From an uncultured Spirochaetota bacterium (GTDB taxonomy: Bacteria; Spirochaetota; B62-G9; DRHN01): a stretch of DNA of 53,495 nt. Position numbers and translations under genes: made by a program. Under the pieces are notes generated by a model, which saw only the letters and a program-made list of their open reading frames with translations, was not told the DNA's origin and made no database searches. How positions within the stretch are numbered: the stretch's first letter is position 1; the number at the start of each line of letters is the position of its first letter. Shown one piece after another: positions 9,401 to 18,495 of the stretch. The stretch covers positions 6,730 through 60,224 of the forward strand of contig CAYFYU010000012.1 in NCBI GenBank assembly GCA_964347455.1. The letters are read 5' to 3'.

Positions 9401-11386
9401 ATGGCTGATATTATCCTTCCAGGGATATCGGAAAATGTCGATGTCAAAGGCATCATTGATAAACTGGTTAAGGTCGAAACAAAAAAATTAGATAGACTAG
9501 AAGAGGCAAAGGATCTTCTAAACCAAGAAAAGAGCGCATGGACAAATCTTGGAAATAAACTTAGCGAACTCCAGGATTCAGCGCACTCCCTGTACAGTTT
9601 TCGGGCCCCATTCGATGATAAAATCGCGATATCCAGCAGGGACGACATTATCTCTGCGACAGCAACTCGCATAGCAGAGCCTCAGTCAGCAACTATACGC
9701 ATAAAACAGGTTGCCCAAAGAGAAAGAATTCTTTCAGATCCCATCGATAATCGCCAGACATATGGGAGTGCAAACCTGCGGGTAAGGGTCGGCGATAAAG
9801 AGATAGAAATTGTTTATCCAGGTGGTAGAATCGAGGATCTAGCTGAAGCTATAAACGAACAGGCGGGTGATTACCTAATCGCGAAACTGACCAGGGATAC
9901 TGAAAATACGACCGTGATTATTTTAGAAGCTAAAAATACCGGACAAAAAAATAGAATTATAGTAACTGATAAAGAAACATTGGATTTCTTTCAAACTATC
10001 GGACTTTTTGAAGAAAAAATGGGTCCACAATTTGAAATAAGCATCGATGCCGATCGTCTTAAACCTGTAGAGGAAAGAATGAGGATTGGCTTTCAGGAAG
10101 GTGTATTGACCCTTGAGCCCGAAAATAGCGCCGAACTTCCAACTGACCCTATAAGGGTCAAGGACAGCATATTGTTTCAAATTCGAATGAGAGCTATCGA
10201 TATTCCAGAGGAAGTTATAGAAAAAGAACCACCACGGTGGCCTACACTTAAAAGTATTGGAAAAGTAACGGTGAAGGATATTGAAATTGAAGGAGGTACA
10301 CCTGTAATAAATATTGAAGTTGAAGAGGAACCGGTTGAGGAGAAACCAGTAGTTGTCGACAATGCTGTAATCGGTATTAAGAATGAGCGTGGAGAAATCA
10401 GTACATACACTGCAACTGGACTAAATAGTGAATTTCGTGAGTACAAATTTCGATTGCCCGATATTGTTGAAGAAGGCGATATAATCAGCAGTATTCTCTT
10501 CCAGAATAAGAATACGGGAAGAAGGGTTGAGTACAGTGATCTGAGCATTATCGACGAAGCGATCCGTGAGGGAGCAGTCCCGAAACATCCGGTTCAAGAT
10601 GCAAAAGATGCAGTCATATTTATAGATGGTGTAAAAGTTGAGCGGAGTGGTAATCAGATTGATGATGCAATCAGGGGTGTTAATCTCGAAGTCAAAAAAG
10701 TTTCAGAGGAAGCAATTTCACTAACGGTGGATCGGGATTATGAAAAAATAACCGGTGCAATTGTTGGTTTCATAGGAAAATACAATGAAGTATTGAAATA
10801 TATAAACGAACAGACCAGGGTTATATCAACCGGTGAAATATCTGAGAAGAATGAAGTAGGAACACTCTCTGGTGATATAACGGTGATGGGTTTAAAGAGC
10901 AAATTACAAACCATAATGATGAACCCTTACCCGACGAAAAGGGGAAGGGAGCTCAGCCTCCTTGCTCAAATCGGTATATCGATGGGTGCAGCGAATTCAA
11001 ATTGGAGCGATATAAAACGGGGTTATTTGCAGGTTGATGAAGACAAATTTGTTGAAGCATTCCAAAATTATTCAGAGGAGATTAAACAGCTGTTTGGATC
11101 GGACAACAACAATGATGCAGTAATCGATAATGGTGTGGCTTTTGTTCTCGACACCACTATGAAGGGTTATACGGATTCGCGAAATGGAATTGTCGTCTAC
11201 CATATCAGAAATACTGACACAAAGATAAAAGATCAGGAAAATAGCATTGAAGACTGGAATACGCACATTGAAGATTACCGGAGAAAACTAGAAAGGGATT
11301 TTACGATAATGCAGCAATCCCTCAATGAGCTTGAACAGAACCAGAAGAGGCTCGAAGGCTTTTCGAATCAGTTTAAGAAAGATTAG
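9401..11386 (+). CDS. fliD: Flagellar filament cap protein FliD (hook-associated protein 2)
   Basis: Track ORF is 9362..11386. ATG 9401 (MADIILPGIS) is preferred. It has N-terminal and C-terminal coiled-coil FliD regions (IIDKLVKVETKKLDRLEE...; FTIMQQSLNELEQNQKRLEGF). Confidence 0.85.
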   Translation: MADIILPGISENVDVKGIIDKLVKVETKKLDRLEEAKDLLNQEKSAWTNLGNKLSELQDSAHSLYSFRAPFDDKIAISSRDDIISATATRIAEPQSATIRIKQVAQRERILSDPIDNRQTYGSANLRVRVGDKEIEIVYPGGRIEDLAEAINEQAGDYLIAKLTRDTENTTVIILEAKNTGQKNRIIVTDKETLDFFQTIGLFEEKMGPQFEISIDADRLKPVEERMRIGFQEGVLTLEPENSAELPTDPIRVKDSILFQIRMRAIDIPEEVIEKEPPRWPTLKSIGKVTVKDIEIEGGTPVINIEVEEEPVEEKPVVVDNAVIGIKNERGEISTYTATGLNSEFREYKFRLPDIVEEGDIISSILFQNKNTGRRVEYSDLSIIDEAIREGAVPKHPVQDAKDAVIFIDGVKVERSGNQIDDAIRGVNLEVKKVSEEAISLTVDRDYEKITGAIVGFIGKYNEVLKYINEQTRVISTGEISEKNEVGTLSGDITVMGLKSKLQTIMMNPYPTKRGRELSLLAQIGISMGAANSNWSDIKRGYLQVDEDKFVEAFQNYSEEIKQLFGSDNNNDAVIDNGVAFVLDTTMKGYTDSRNGIVVYHIRNTDTKIKDQENSIEDWNTHIEDYRRKLERDFTIMQQSLNELEQNQKRLEGFSNQFKKD

Positions 11387-11400
11387 AGGGGAATCCTGTG

Positions 11401-12393
11401 ATGGATATTATAATTAATGATGAAAAAATTGATTATAAGATTGAAAACGAGAGGAATCTTGGAGACATATTAACAGGTCTCGAGATCTGGATTACCAAAA
11501 ATGGTGGTATTATTAATTGTATATCCGTTGATGAGACAGATATTCCACTCGAATGTCCACTCGAATACAAGGTAAAGAGTATATCTTCGGTGAATAGACT
11601 GAAGATCAAAACATCACCTAAGTTTGAATATGCAGTTGATACAATTAAGATGACTGGTGAATATATATCCAAAATAATAGGCGAATACATAGATTCCAGA
11701 GATGTGGAACAGTATGAGAATACATTAGATGGAATTCAACTTGTTTGTGAAGGTGTGAACCGTTCACTTCAGGCTTTATATTTACGTGATCTGGTAATCG
11801 TTAATGAAAATGGACGGACATTGCGAGATATTCTTTCGGATTTACGTACTGTAACCGCAACATATGAAGATAAATATATCGATTACGATGGAGCTGCGAA
11901 GCTCAAGGATTTACTACAAGAGCTATTACGCATATTGCCGAAAGTGGTTGGGTGGGCAATCATGAAAAGCAGTCTTAGGGATAACGAGAGAAACAGTGTT
12001 GAGGGGAGTTTTCTAAGGACGATCTTCAAAGACCTGGAGAACATTTCGAAAAAGGCGATGAACAGGTTTGAAAGTATCGCAGAAAATCTGCAAATTGGGA
12101 AGGATCGTGAAGCATTGGAAGATCTCTGCTTTGTAGCAGAACTGTTAGATGAAATTATATATGTCCTTCAGTTTTTTATATCGGCCTATGACATGGATGG
12201 AGATCTGCTCTCAAAATCGGGCATCGGTATTGAACCATTATTCAACAAAATATCACATTGGCTAAAAGAAGTTGAAAAATCATTTAAAAGTGGTGATTTA
12301 GTTTCTGTTGGTGATATGTTGGAGTATGAACTGAAACCGCTTTTTCAAGAGATAGTTAAACTACTCTGTGAAATAGGATTATTTATTCAATAA
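11401..12393 (+). CDS. Hypothetical protein in the position usually occupied by fliS
   Basis: 330-aa ORF. ATG 11401 lies 8 nt after AGAGGGGA and is tightly packed behind fliD. The protein is mostly helical and acidic. No family recognised. Confidence 0.5.
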   Translation: MDIIINDEKIDYKIENERNLGDILTGLEIWITKNGGIINCISVDETDIPLECPLEYKVKSISSVNRLKIKTSPKFEYAVDTIKMTGEYISKIIGEYIDSRDVEQYENTLDGIQLVCEGVNRSLQALYLRDLVIVNENGRTLRDILSDLRTVTATYEDKYIDYDGAAKLKDLLQELLRILPKVVGWAIMKSSLRDNERNSVEGSFLRTIFKDLENISKKAMNRFESIAENLQIGKDREALEDLCFVAELLDEIIYVLQFFISAYDMDGDLLSKSGIGIEPLFNKISHWLKEVEKSFKSGDLVSVGDMLEYELKPLFQEIVKLLCEIGLFIQ

Positions 12394-12409
12394 AGGGTGT
12401 ATTTTTATA

Positions 12410-12436
12410 TTGACACCTGTTTAATAATGGTATAAT
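12410..12436 (+). promoter_or_regulatory. Near-consensus sigma70 promoter with extended -10, upstream of the rho leader
   Basis: TTGACA (12410-12415), a 15-nt spacer, then TGgTATAAT (12428-12436). Confidence 0.55.
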
Positions 12437-12868
12437 TTGTGAATATACAGTCATACCCTCGATCTGCTGTATTAAAACCTCAATTACAAACCACATTGGT
12501 AATCTATTTTGAACTAGTTAATCAGGAGCGGGGTTTTAAGAAATAAATAAGATCATCTAGATTTAAAAAAGTATTTACTGTATAGTTAAAGGGGTCATTT
12601 CAAAATAGTATTTTCGAGTTTTAATAAAACACGTTCGATTATTAGGAAAATGGTAAAAGAGTATCCCGCTGCTTGCGCAGATAGTTTAATTCTCTAAGTA
12701 GTTTCCAAATAAATTAATTAATCTTTGGTGACAATTCGACAATTTACTGGCGTGTTATTACCAGCTCAAGAATGAGTTTCTATATACTCGTATCAAGATG
12801 ATTATTATATACTCAGGAAATTTTGAATGAGTCTAGAAAAACCATAAAGAAGGAGCAAGAGAATTATC

Positions 12869-14353
12869 ATGGAAACAGATGAAAGTTTAGACGAAAAAAC
12901 TGAAAATTCGATGAAAACAGATGATGACATCGAGGAAAAAGCTAAACCTAAAAGCAATAATGGCGAGGAACAAACCTTAGAAGATCCTATTTACACTGTG
13001 GATACTGAGTCCGTCATTGAAAACGGAGGTGGGAAAGTTGCCGTCGTCAAAAAGATGAAGCGAAAAGTGGATGAGAAGAAAAAGATAAATTTTGCAAAGC
13101 TCAACATTAATGATCTGGCAAGCATGACTATATCGGGTCTGTCATCCCTGGCACGTGAATTCAATATTGAAGGAACGAGTCGGATGAAGAAGCAGGACCT
13201 TATATTTACTATATTACAGGCACAAACAGAGAAACATGGTCTTATATTTGCGTCGGGAACGCTGGAAATATTACAGGATGGATATGGATTTCTTCGTTCT
13301 CCCAGTTATAATTACCTTCCTGGTCCTGATGATATATACGTATCACCGTCACAGATACGTTTATTTAGTTTAAAGACAGGCGATACTGTCTCGGGACAAG
13401 TCCGACCACCCAAGGAAAACGAACGGTTTTTTGCCCTATTGCGTGTTGAAGCTGTAAATTTTGAGGATCCGGAGGTCGCACAGAGAAGAATTCTCTTTGA
13501 TAATTTAACTCCGCTCTATCCCGACGAACGCATCAACCTTGAGGTTACCTCAGATAAAATATCAATGAGGATTGTAAACCTATTTACACCGATTGGAAAG
13601 GGTCAGCGAGGCCTCATTGTTGCCCCTCCGAGAACAGGAAAAACAATCCTTATTCAACAAATCGCTAATTCAATAACCACTAACCATCCGGAAATCGTCC
13701 TCATAGTACTTCTCATCGATGAGCGACCAGAGGAAGTAACCGACATGGAGAGGAATGTCGATGGGGAGGTAATCAGCTCAACCTTCGATGAGCCGGCAAC
13801 ACGCCACGTACAGGTTGCAGAGATGGTAATCGATAAAGCGAAACGGCTTGTTGAGCATAAGAGGGATGTAGTTATTCTACTCGACAGCATAACGCGACTC
13901 GCACGGGCTTACAACCAGGTTGTACCGACATCGGGAAAGATCCTCTCAGGTGGTGTTGATTCCAATGCTCTTCATAAACCAAAACGGTTTTTCGGTGCTG
14001 CAAGAAATATCGAAGAAGGTGGTAGTTTGACTATTATGGCGACTGCATTAATTGATACGGGGAGTCGGATGGATGAGGTGATATTCGAGGAATTCAAAGG
14101 CACAGGTAATATGGAGATTCATCTCGATAGACGACTTGTTGAGCGGAGAACTTTTCCTGCAATCGATGTGTGGAAATCGGGAACCAGAAAAGAGGAGCTG
14201 CTCCTGTCTGACAACGAGCTCCAGAAACTCTGGGTGTTACGAAAGGTTATGCAGCCTATGGATGAAATTGAGGTCATGGAATTGTTGATAGAGAAAATGA
14301 AGGCAACAAAGAATAATGCTGCGTTTCTCAGGTCGATGAACAATTCGGCATAA
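12869..14353 (+). CDS. rho: Transcription termination factor Rho, with an N-terminal charged extension of about 75 aa
   Basis: 494 aa. It has the Rho N-terminal and cold-shock-like RNA-binding region ([14 protein letters not shown]), a Walker A motif (PPRTGKT) and a RecA-type ATPase core. Confidence 0.95.
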   Translation: METDESLDEKTENSMKTDDDIEEKAKPKSNNGEEQTLEDPIYTVDTESVIENGGGKVAVVKKMKRKVDEKKKINFAKLNINDLASMTISGLSSLAREFNIEGTSRMKKQDLIFTILQAQTEKHGLIFASGTLEILQDGYGFLRSPSYNYLPGPDDIYVSPSQIRLFSLKTGDTVSGQVRPPKENERFFALLRVEAVNFEDPEVAQRRILFDNLTPLYPDERINLEVTSDKISMRIVNLFTPIGKGQRGLIVAPPRTGKTILIQQIANSITTNHPEIVLIVLLIDERPEEVTDMERNVDGEVISSTFDEPATRHVQVAEMVIDKAKRLVEHKRDVVILLDSITRLARAYNQVVPTSGKILSGGVDSNALHKPKRFFGAARNIEEGGSLTIMATALIDTGSRMDEVIFEEFKGTGNMEIHLDRRLVERRTFPAIDVWKSGTRKEELLLSDNELQKLWVLRKVMQPMDEIEVMELLIEKMKATKNNAAFLRSMNNSA

Positions 14354-14523
14354 TGAGTTTCTGTTGAAAAAGTGACATTTCGATAAAATTTAGAAATTTT
14401 AAAAATGTATTTTATGTAGATTAATAAGACCGAAAGTCATTCTTGAGCGGATGCGACTGACACGAAAAAATTTGGAATGCAAGATCAAATATATTATATT
14501 TATTACCTGAAGCGGATATAATT

Positions 14524-14736
14524 ATGAAAAAAGGAATACATCCTGAATACAAGCCGGTTGTCATTACCTGTGCATGCGGTAATAAAATCGAGACACGATC
14601 AACCGTCAATCTAACCCATGTTGAAATATGTTCTGCCTGCCATCCATTCTTCTCTGGAAAGCAAAAACTTGTCGACACTGCCGGAAGAATCGAGAGATTC
14701 AGAAAAAAATATAACATAAAAAATACTGAGAAATAG
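14524..14736 (+). CDS. rpmE: 50S ribosomal protein L31
   Basis: 70 aa. [20 protein letters not shown]...[13 protein letters not shown] is the canonical L31 sequence with its Cys motif. Confidence 0.95.
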   Translation: MKKGIHPEYKPVVITCACGNKIETRSTVNLTHVEICSACHPFFSGKQKLVDTAGRIERFRKKYNIKNTEK

Positions 14737-15339
14737 TCCTCTTTAAGTACCGCTTTTTTTATGAATTATGGACCTCCCCACCAGCAGAGCGGTCGTCTCC
14801 TACAATAACCTCAATTTAGGCACATAAAATTTCTGTTCATTGGCGAGTTGCAGTGTTCCTAAGAATAGCATACGATACGTTGTAAAAAATCATACATACC
14901 TGTATACTTTTTCATACTTTTTATGGTCCTAACTTATACAATATCCCAGAAGTAAGCCCCTCCTATCCTCTAAATTGTCCTTTCTGTTAAGTTCTGTCAC
15001 TATCCAACTTCATTTCCCATAACCATTCACAGAATCAATTTAAGTTTTCACAATCATGTAAAAGACATATTATTTATTAATATATATATAATTAAATAAA
15101 TTTCATGTCTATATTTTTGAAAGAATATTTGTCTCAGTTGAGAAACTGAGGTTGTACATTCCTTCTAATGTAAAGAAGGCCTCTTGGAATCAATTACCCT
15201 ATTGTAACTAGTTGTATCCATTTTACCTCAAAAAGTTATAAAATTCTATACATTTTAGTTGTAATAAAGACTGGGCAATTTGATGATTTTATAATTCTTT
15301 ATATTATTAGACTTAAAATTAGGAAATTTTGTTAAAAAG

Positions 15340-15355
15340 TGGCATGTGAATTGCT
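15340..15355 (+). promoter_or_regulatory. Sigma54-type -24/-12 promoter candidate (TGGCATGTGAATTGCT)
   Basis: GG (15341-15342) and GC (15353-15354) are separated by exactly 10 nt. There is one mismatch to TGGCAC-N5-TTGCW. The element ends 22 nt before ATG 15378. Confidence 0.6.
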
Positions 15356-15377
15356 TCATAACAGAAGGGAGAAAAAA

Positions 15378-16220
15378 ATGGCAGTGACAACAGAAATAAT
15401 AACAGAAAACAATAACTTGAATGCTTATCTTTATCAAATTAGAAATGATAGACTTCTTACAGCAGAAGAAGAAAAAAGTCTCTCAAAGAGGGTAATGAGA
15501 GGAGATAAATTAGCACGGGAAAGCCTCATTAACTCGAATCTTCGACTCGTTGTAAAGATTGCACGAGGTTATCTTACCCATGATATGGAACTGCTCGATC
15601 TTATTCAGGAAGGGAACCTTGGATTGATCAAGGCCGCTGAAAAATTTGATTTTCGAAAAAATGTACGATTCAGCACCTATGCCTCTTTTTGGATAAAGCA
15701 GAGCATTGCCCGAGCTCTCTCAAATAAGAGTCGAATGATTCGTCTCCCTCATAGAAAAGAGGAGAAACTGAGGAAAATTGCTAAAGCGTCGCAGAAGCTC
15801 TCAAAGGTTAATGGCAGTGTACCGGATGCGGGTGAGCTTTCATTGGAAACGAACATCGATGAAAAAGAGATTCGCCGTATACAGAGTCTACCCGATCGAG
15901 TTCTCTCAATAGAATCTACCGATGAACATGAAAATTTTTCGCTGAAGAATGTTCTGGAGGACACGAAGTATAATCCCGATTATATTGTGATGCGAAAATA
16001 CCTGAAGGAAAAAACTTCGGAGATGATGAATATATTGACCGATAAGGAGCGAAAGGTAATTCTCTACCGCTATTCCTTCATGAATGGAAAGAAATACACG
16101 TTAAAAGACATTGGGGAAGAACTCGTCATTTCTCCAGAAACGGTGCGACAGATAGAATTAAAAGCTCTTAAAAAAATACGTGAGCATTTCAGCCATCTAA
16201 AAGAGCTACTTTGGGAATAA
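15378..16220 (+). CDS. Sigma70-family alternative sigma factor (group 2/3, RpoS-like size; no region 1.1)
   Basis: Track ORF is 15339..16220. ATG 15378 lies 6 nt after GGGAG. Region 2 reads DLIQEGNLGLIKAAEKFDFRKNVRFSTYASFWIKQSIARAL. Region 4.2 reads LKDIGEELVISPETVRQIELKALKKIR. Confidence 0.85.
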   Translation: MAVTTEIITENNNLNAYLYQIRNDRLLTAEEEKSLSKRVMRGDKLARESLINSNLRLVVKIARGYLTHDMELLDLIQEGNLGLIKAAEKFDFRKNVRFSTYASFWIKQSIARALSNKSRMIRLPHRKEEKLRKIAKASQKLSKVNGSVPDAGELSLETNIDEKEIRRIQSLPDRVLSIESTDEHENFSLKNVLEDTKYNPDYIVMRKYLKEKTSEMMNILTDKERKVILYRYSFMNGKKYTLKDIGEELVISPETVRQIELKALKKIREHFSHLKELLWE

Positions 16221-16246
16221 GCCGAGGTCTGTTCGACCGGGGTCTG

Positions 16247-17812
16247 TCAATAGCCTCTAGACATCGCTCGAGTCTGGTCTTTTTTGTAGAGCTCAGCGTA
16301 ATAATAGCCTCTATTTTTCAGATTATCCTTAATAGATTGAGGGAAGGGAATATATCGCCAAAATATGGTTCGAACCTCCCGGCTCAGTTTCTGCATACCC
16401 TGCGATTCAAAGTGAATCCAGAGAATATAATCCTGGATAAAATACTCTTTGAGGTCACCCTTAAGCTTATTTTTTTGTGCATATTCGTAGTAATAACCTG
16501 TAAGTCCCTCCTCCATCCAGTAATGAAGGGCTTTTTCTTTTGCAACCTGCCATCTTAAATCACCAAGTGCGTAGAGTAGTGCAGTCTTCACATCACGAGG
16601 GTACATGGGCATTGCGATTCTCCCCTTACTTGTCGCCTTATTCGATCTCTCAAAAGGCTCCCAGCAGATGCCGTAGTCCCCAAATGATGGGACTATTATG
16701 AAGTGTGGTACAATGCGATGCTCTTCTCCTTTATAGGTTCTTTTAAATATATTAGGATCCACAGACTCAGATTCCCTCAATACCGTATCGAGCCGTTCTT
16801 TTGTACATATGTCATTTTCGATACTAGGCATATAAGCCTTGAGGAGAAATGGAAAGTGATTTCCCTGTCTTCCGACGGTCATTTTATTCATCTGGCGGAT
16901 CGATGAAAATTCATCGCTAACTGTTTTTGTATCGACCTCAATTTTCATATCACCGCCCTTATCTCTTATCGATGATATTTCTTGATCTAAAGATTTTAAA
17001 GATCGATAGCTACTCTCCATCTCTTTATCCGATTTTAACAGACTCTTCACGATATCCTGAACCTGCACAAGCGCCTTTTTTTGATCCGGGGTATATGGTG
17101 CGATAATACCACCGAATTCATCCTTTTTAAGATGGTTGACAATTACAGCGACACTGCTCTGCAGGCTTTTTTCAATTAAAAGATGCTGCTCAATTTTTTG
17201 TCGTAAACCGGCTATTTCAGCTTCTCGGGCCCCCGATTTGCGCTCCATCTTACTTTTTAATGCGGAAGGAGATCGTTTTTTTGATTTAACCGTTTCGTCA
17301 ACAGCACTTGGCTTTATCAAACCATTTCCAATATTGAAAAGCCATTCATCCACATAAAAGATTCCGTCGTATGGCTTCTTCGCTTTGTTGATCTTAATAA
17401 GAAGTTGTTTTTGATTATCATCGATAAAATTGCTGTTGAGAAGACCGTACCGAAAAAGGGACTGTTGCGTTGAATTTAGATTTTCAAAAAAATTTTCGAC
17501 AAGATAAAGAAGCATATTCCAGTATGCAGGCGTTATCTTTTCACGGTACATTGATTTTTCATCTTTGTCTTTGGCCTTTGAAAATTTCGCAATATTATCA
17601 TGCAAACGCTGGCCTTGCTCACCACCTTCGCTGATTATCTTTGAATAAGAAGCCCCATCATCAAGAACTTCCTTTATATCGATCGGTTTAAACTCTAATT
17701 TCGGTATTGGTTTTCCAGTTTCTGTGATCGGTTCAACTGTGATCTCCTCTTCCTCTTCATCAATACCGAGAAGATCTGCTATTTCCGGATCCAATGCCTC
17801 ATTATCTCCCAT
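16247..17812 (-). CDS. Hypothetical protein, 521 aa
   Basis: Track ORF is 16247..17908. ATG 17812 (MGDNEALDPE) lies 6 nt after AGAGGA on the minus strand. It has an acidic N-terminus, a central coiled region and a Trp/Tyr-rich C-terminal domain. No family recognised. Confidence 0.6.
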   Translation of the reverse strand: MGDNEALDPEIADLLGIDEEEEEITVEPITETGKPIPKLEFKPIDIKEVLDDGASYSKIISEGGEQGQRLHDNIAKFSKAKDKDEKSMYREKITPAYWNMLLYLVENFFENLNSTQQSLFRYGLLNSNFIDDNQKQLLIKINKAKKPYDGIFYVDEWLFNIGNGLIKPSAVDETVKSKKRSPSALKSKMERKSGAREAEIAGLRQKIEQHLLIEKSLQSSVAVIVNHLKKDEFGGIIAPYTPDQKKALVQVQDIVKSLLKSDKEMESSYRSLKSLDQEISSIRDKGGDMKIEVDTKTVSDEFSSIRQMNKMTVGRQGNHFPFLLKAYMPSIENDICTKERLDTVLRESESVDPNIFKRTYKGEEHRIVPHFIIVPSFGDYGICWEPFERSNKATSKGRIAMPMYPRDVKTALLYALGDLRWQVAKEKALHYWMEEGLTGYYYEYAQKNKLKGDLKEYFIQDYILWIHFESQGMQKLSREVRTIFWRYIPFPQSIKDNLKNRGYYYAELYKKDQTRAMSRGY

Positions 17813-17964
17813 AATATCCTCTTTGTAAGTGAGAACGTTCTTTTTTAACATTTTAATACGAATGGTTGAAAAAATAAATAGAAAAAAATGGTATTGGTCT
17901 GGAAACAAAGGAGATTGTAAGGTTCAAAAAGTGGTTATTGTGAAGATAAGAGTGAAGTCTATTT

Positions 17965-18037
17965 TGGAGATGAGGGGACTTGAACCCCTGACCCCTTGAA
18001 TGCCATTCAAGTGCTCTCCCAGCTGAGCTACACCCCC
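17965..18037 (-). tRNA. tRNA-Ala (anticodon GGC)
   Basis: The reverse complement GGGGGTGTAGCTCAGCTGGGAGAGCACTTGAATGGCATTCAAGGGGTCAGGGGTTCAAGTCCCCTCATCTCCA folds as a cloverleaf. It has G3:U70, the anticodon loop AT-GGC-AT and discriminator A. CCA is not encoded. Confidence 0.9.
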
Positions 18038-18047
18038 ATGCGAGAAC

Positions 18048-18076
18048 ATGATAGAAATAAATCAGGCATGTGTCAA
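18048..18076 (-). promoter_or_regulatory. Sigma70 promoter candidate for tRNA-Ala
   Basis: On the minus strand: TTGACA (18071-18076), a 17-nt spacer, then TATCAT (18048-18053). The -10 ends 10 nt before the tRNA 5' end. Confidence 0.5.
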
Positions 18077-18136
18077 GTTTAAATTATGGTTGACTTTTAA
18101 GGATTGTATTTTAAATTATAACCACTTGGTGCGGGT

Positions 18137-18442
18137 ATGCAGAAGAAAAACCCATCTCAAAAAGATAAGTGGACAGTACAAAAAATATATTGTGCAAATT
18201 GTTTACACTGTGTTGTTTTTAAGCAACCCATCGAAGGTGCAGACGCGTATGTATTACGTGTACGTTGTAGCATGGGATTATGGAAGAAAAGATCCGGAGA
18301 GGAAAAAGTATATAAATACTTTTCAATAATACGGAGAACACCAGACAAGTGCAATTTATACGATCCTATGGGTGAGGAGAAGTCTTTTATAAAGGAGTTG
18401 CGAAAAAGCTTGCCGGTAAAAGACGAGATTTATTCATACTAA
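18137..18442 (+). CDS. Hypothetical Cys-rich small protein (101 aa)
   Basis: ORF only. It contains CANCLHC plus two further Cys. No family recognised, and another frame overlaps it (18048..18329). Confidence 0.35.
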   Translation: MQKKNPSQKDKWTVQKIYCANCLHCVVFKQPIEGADAYVLRVRCSMGLWKKRSGEEKVYKYFSIIRRTPDKCNLYDPMGEEKSFIKELRKSLPVKDEIYSY

Positions 18443-18495
18443 CTGTAATTTGACATATTTATTTTGAAACCTCCAGTGTGGTTCAAGGATATTTT

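Noticed and set aside
15255-15437. 60-aa minus-strand ORF, and the 15339 start for the sigma factor
   Set aside because: Both overlap the -24/-12 element. ATG 15378 has a properly spaced GGGAG SD, and the extra 13 codons (MACELLHNRREKK) have no counterpart in sigma factors.
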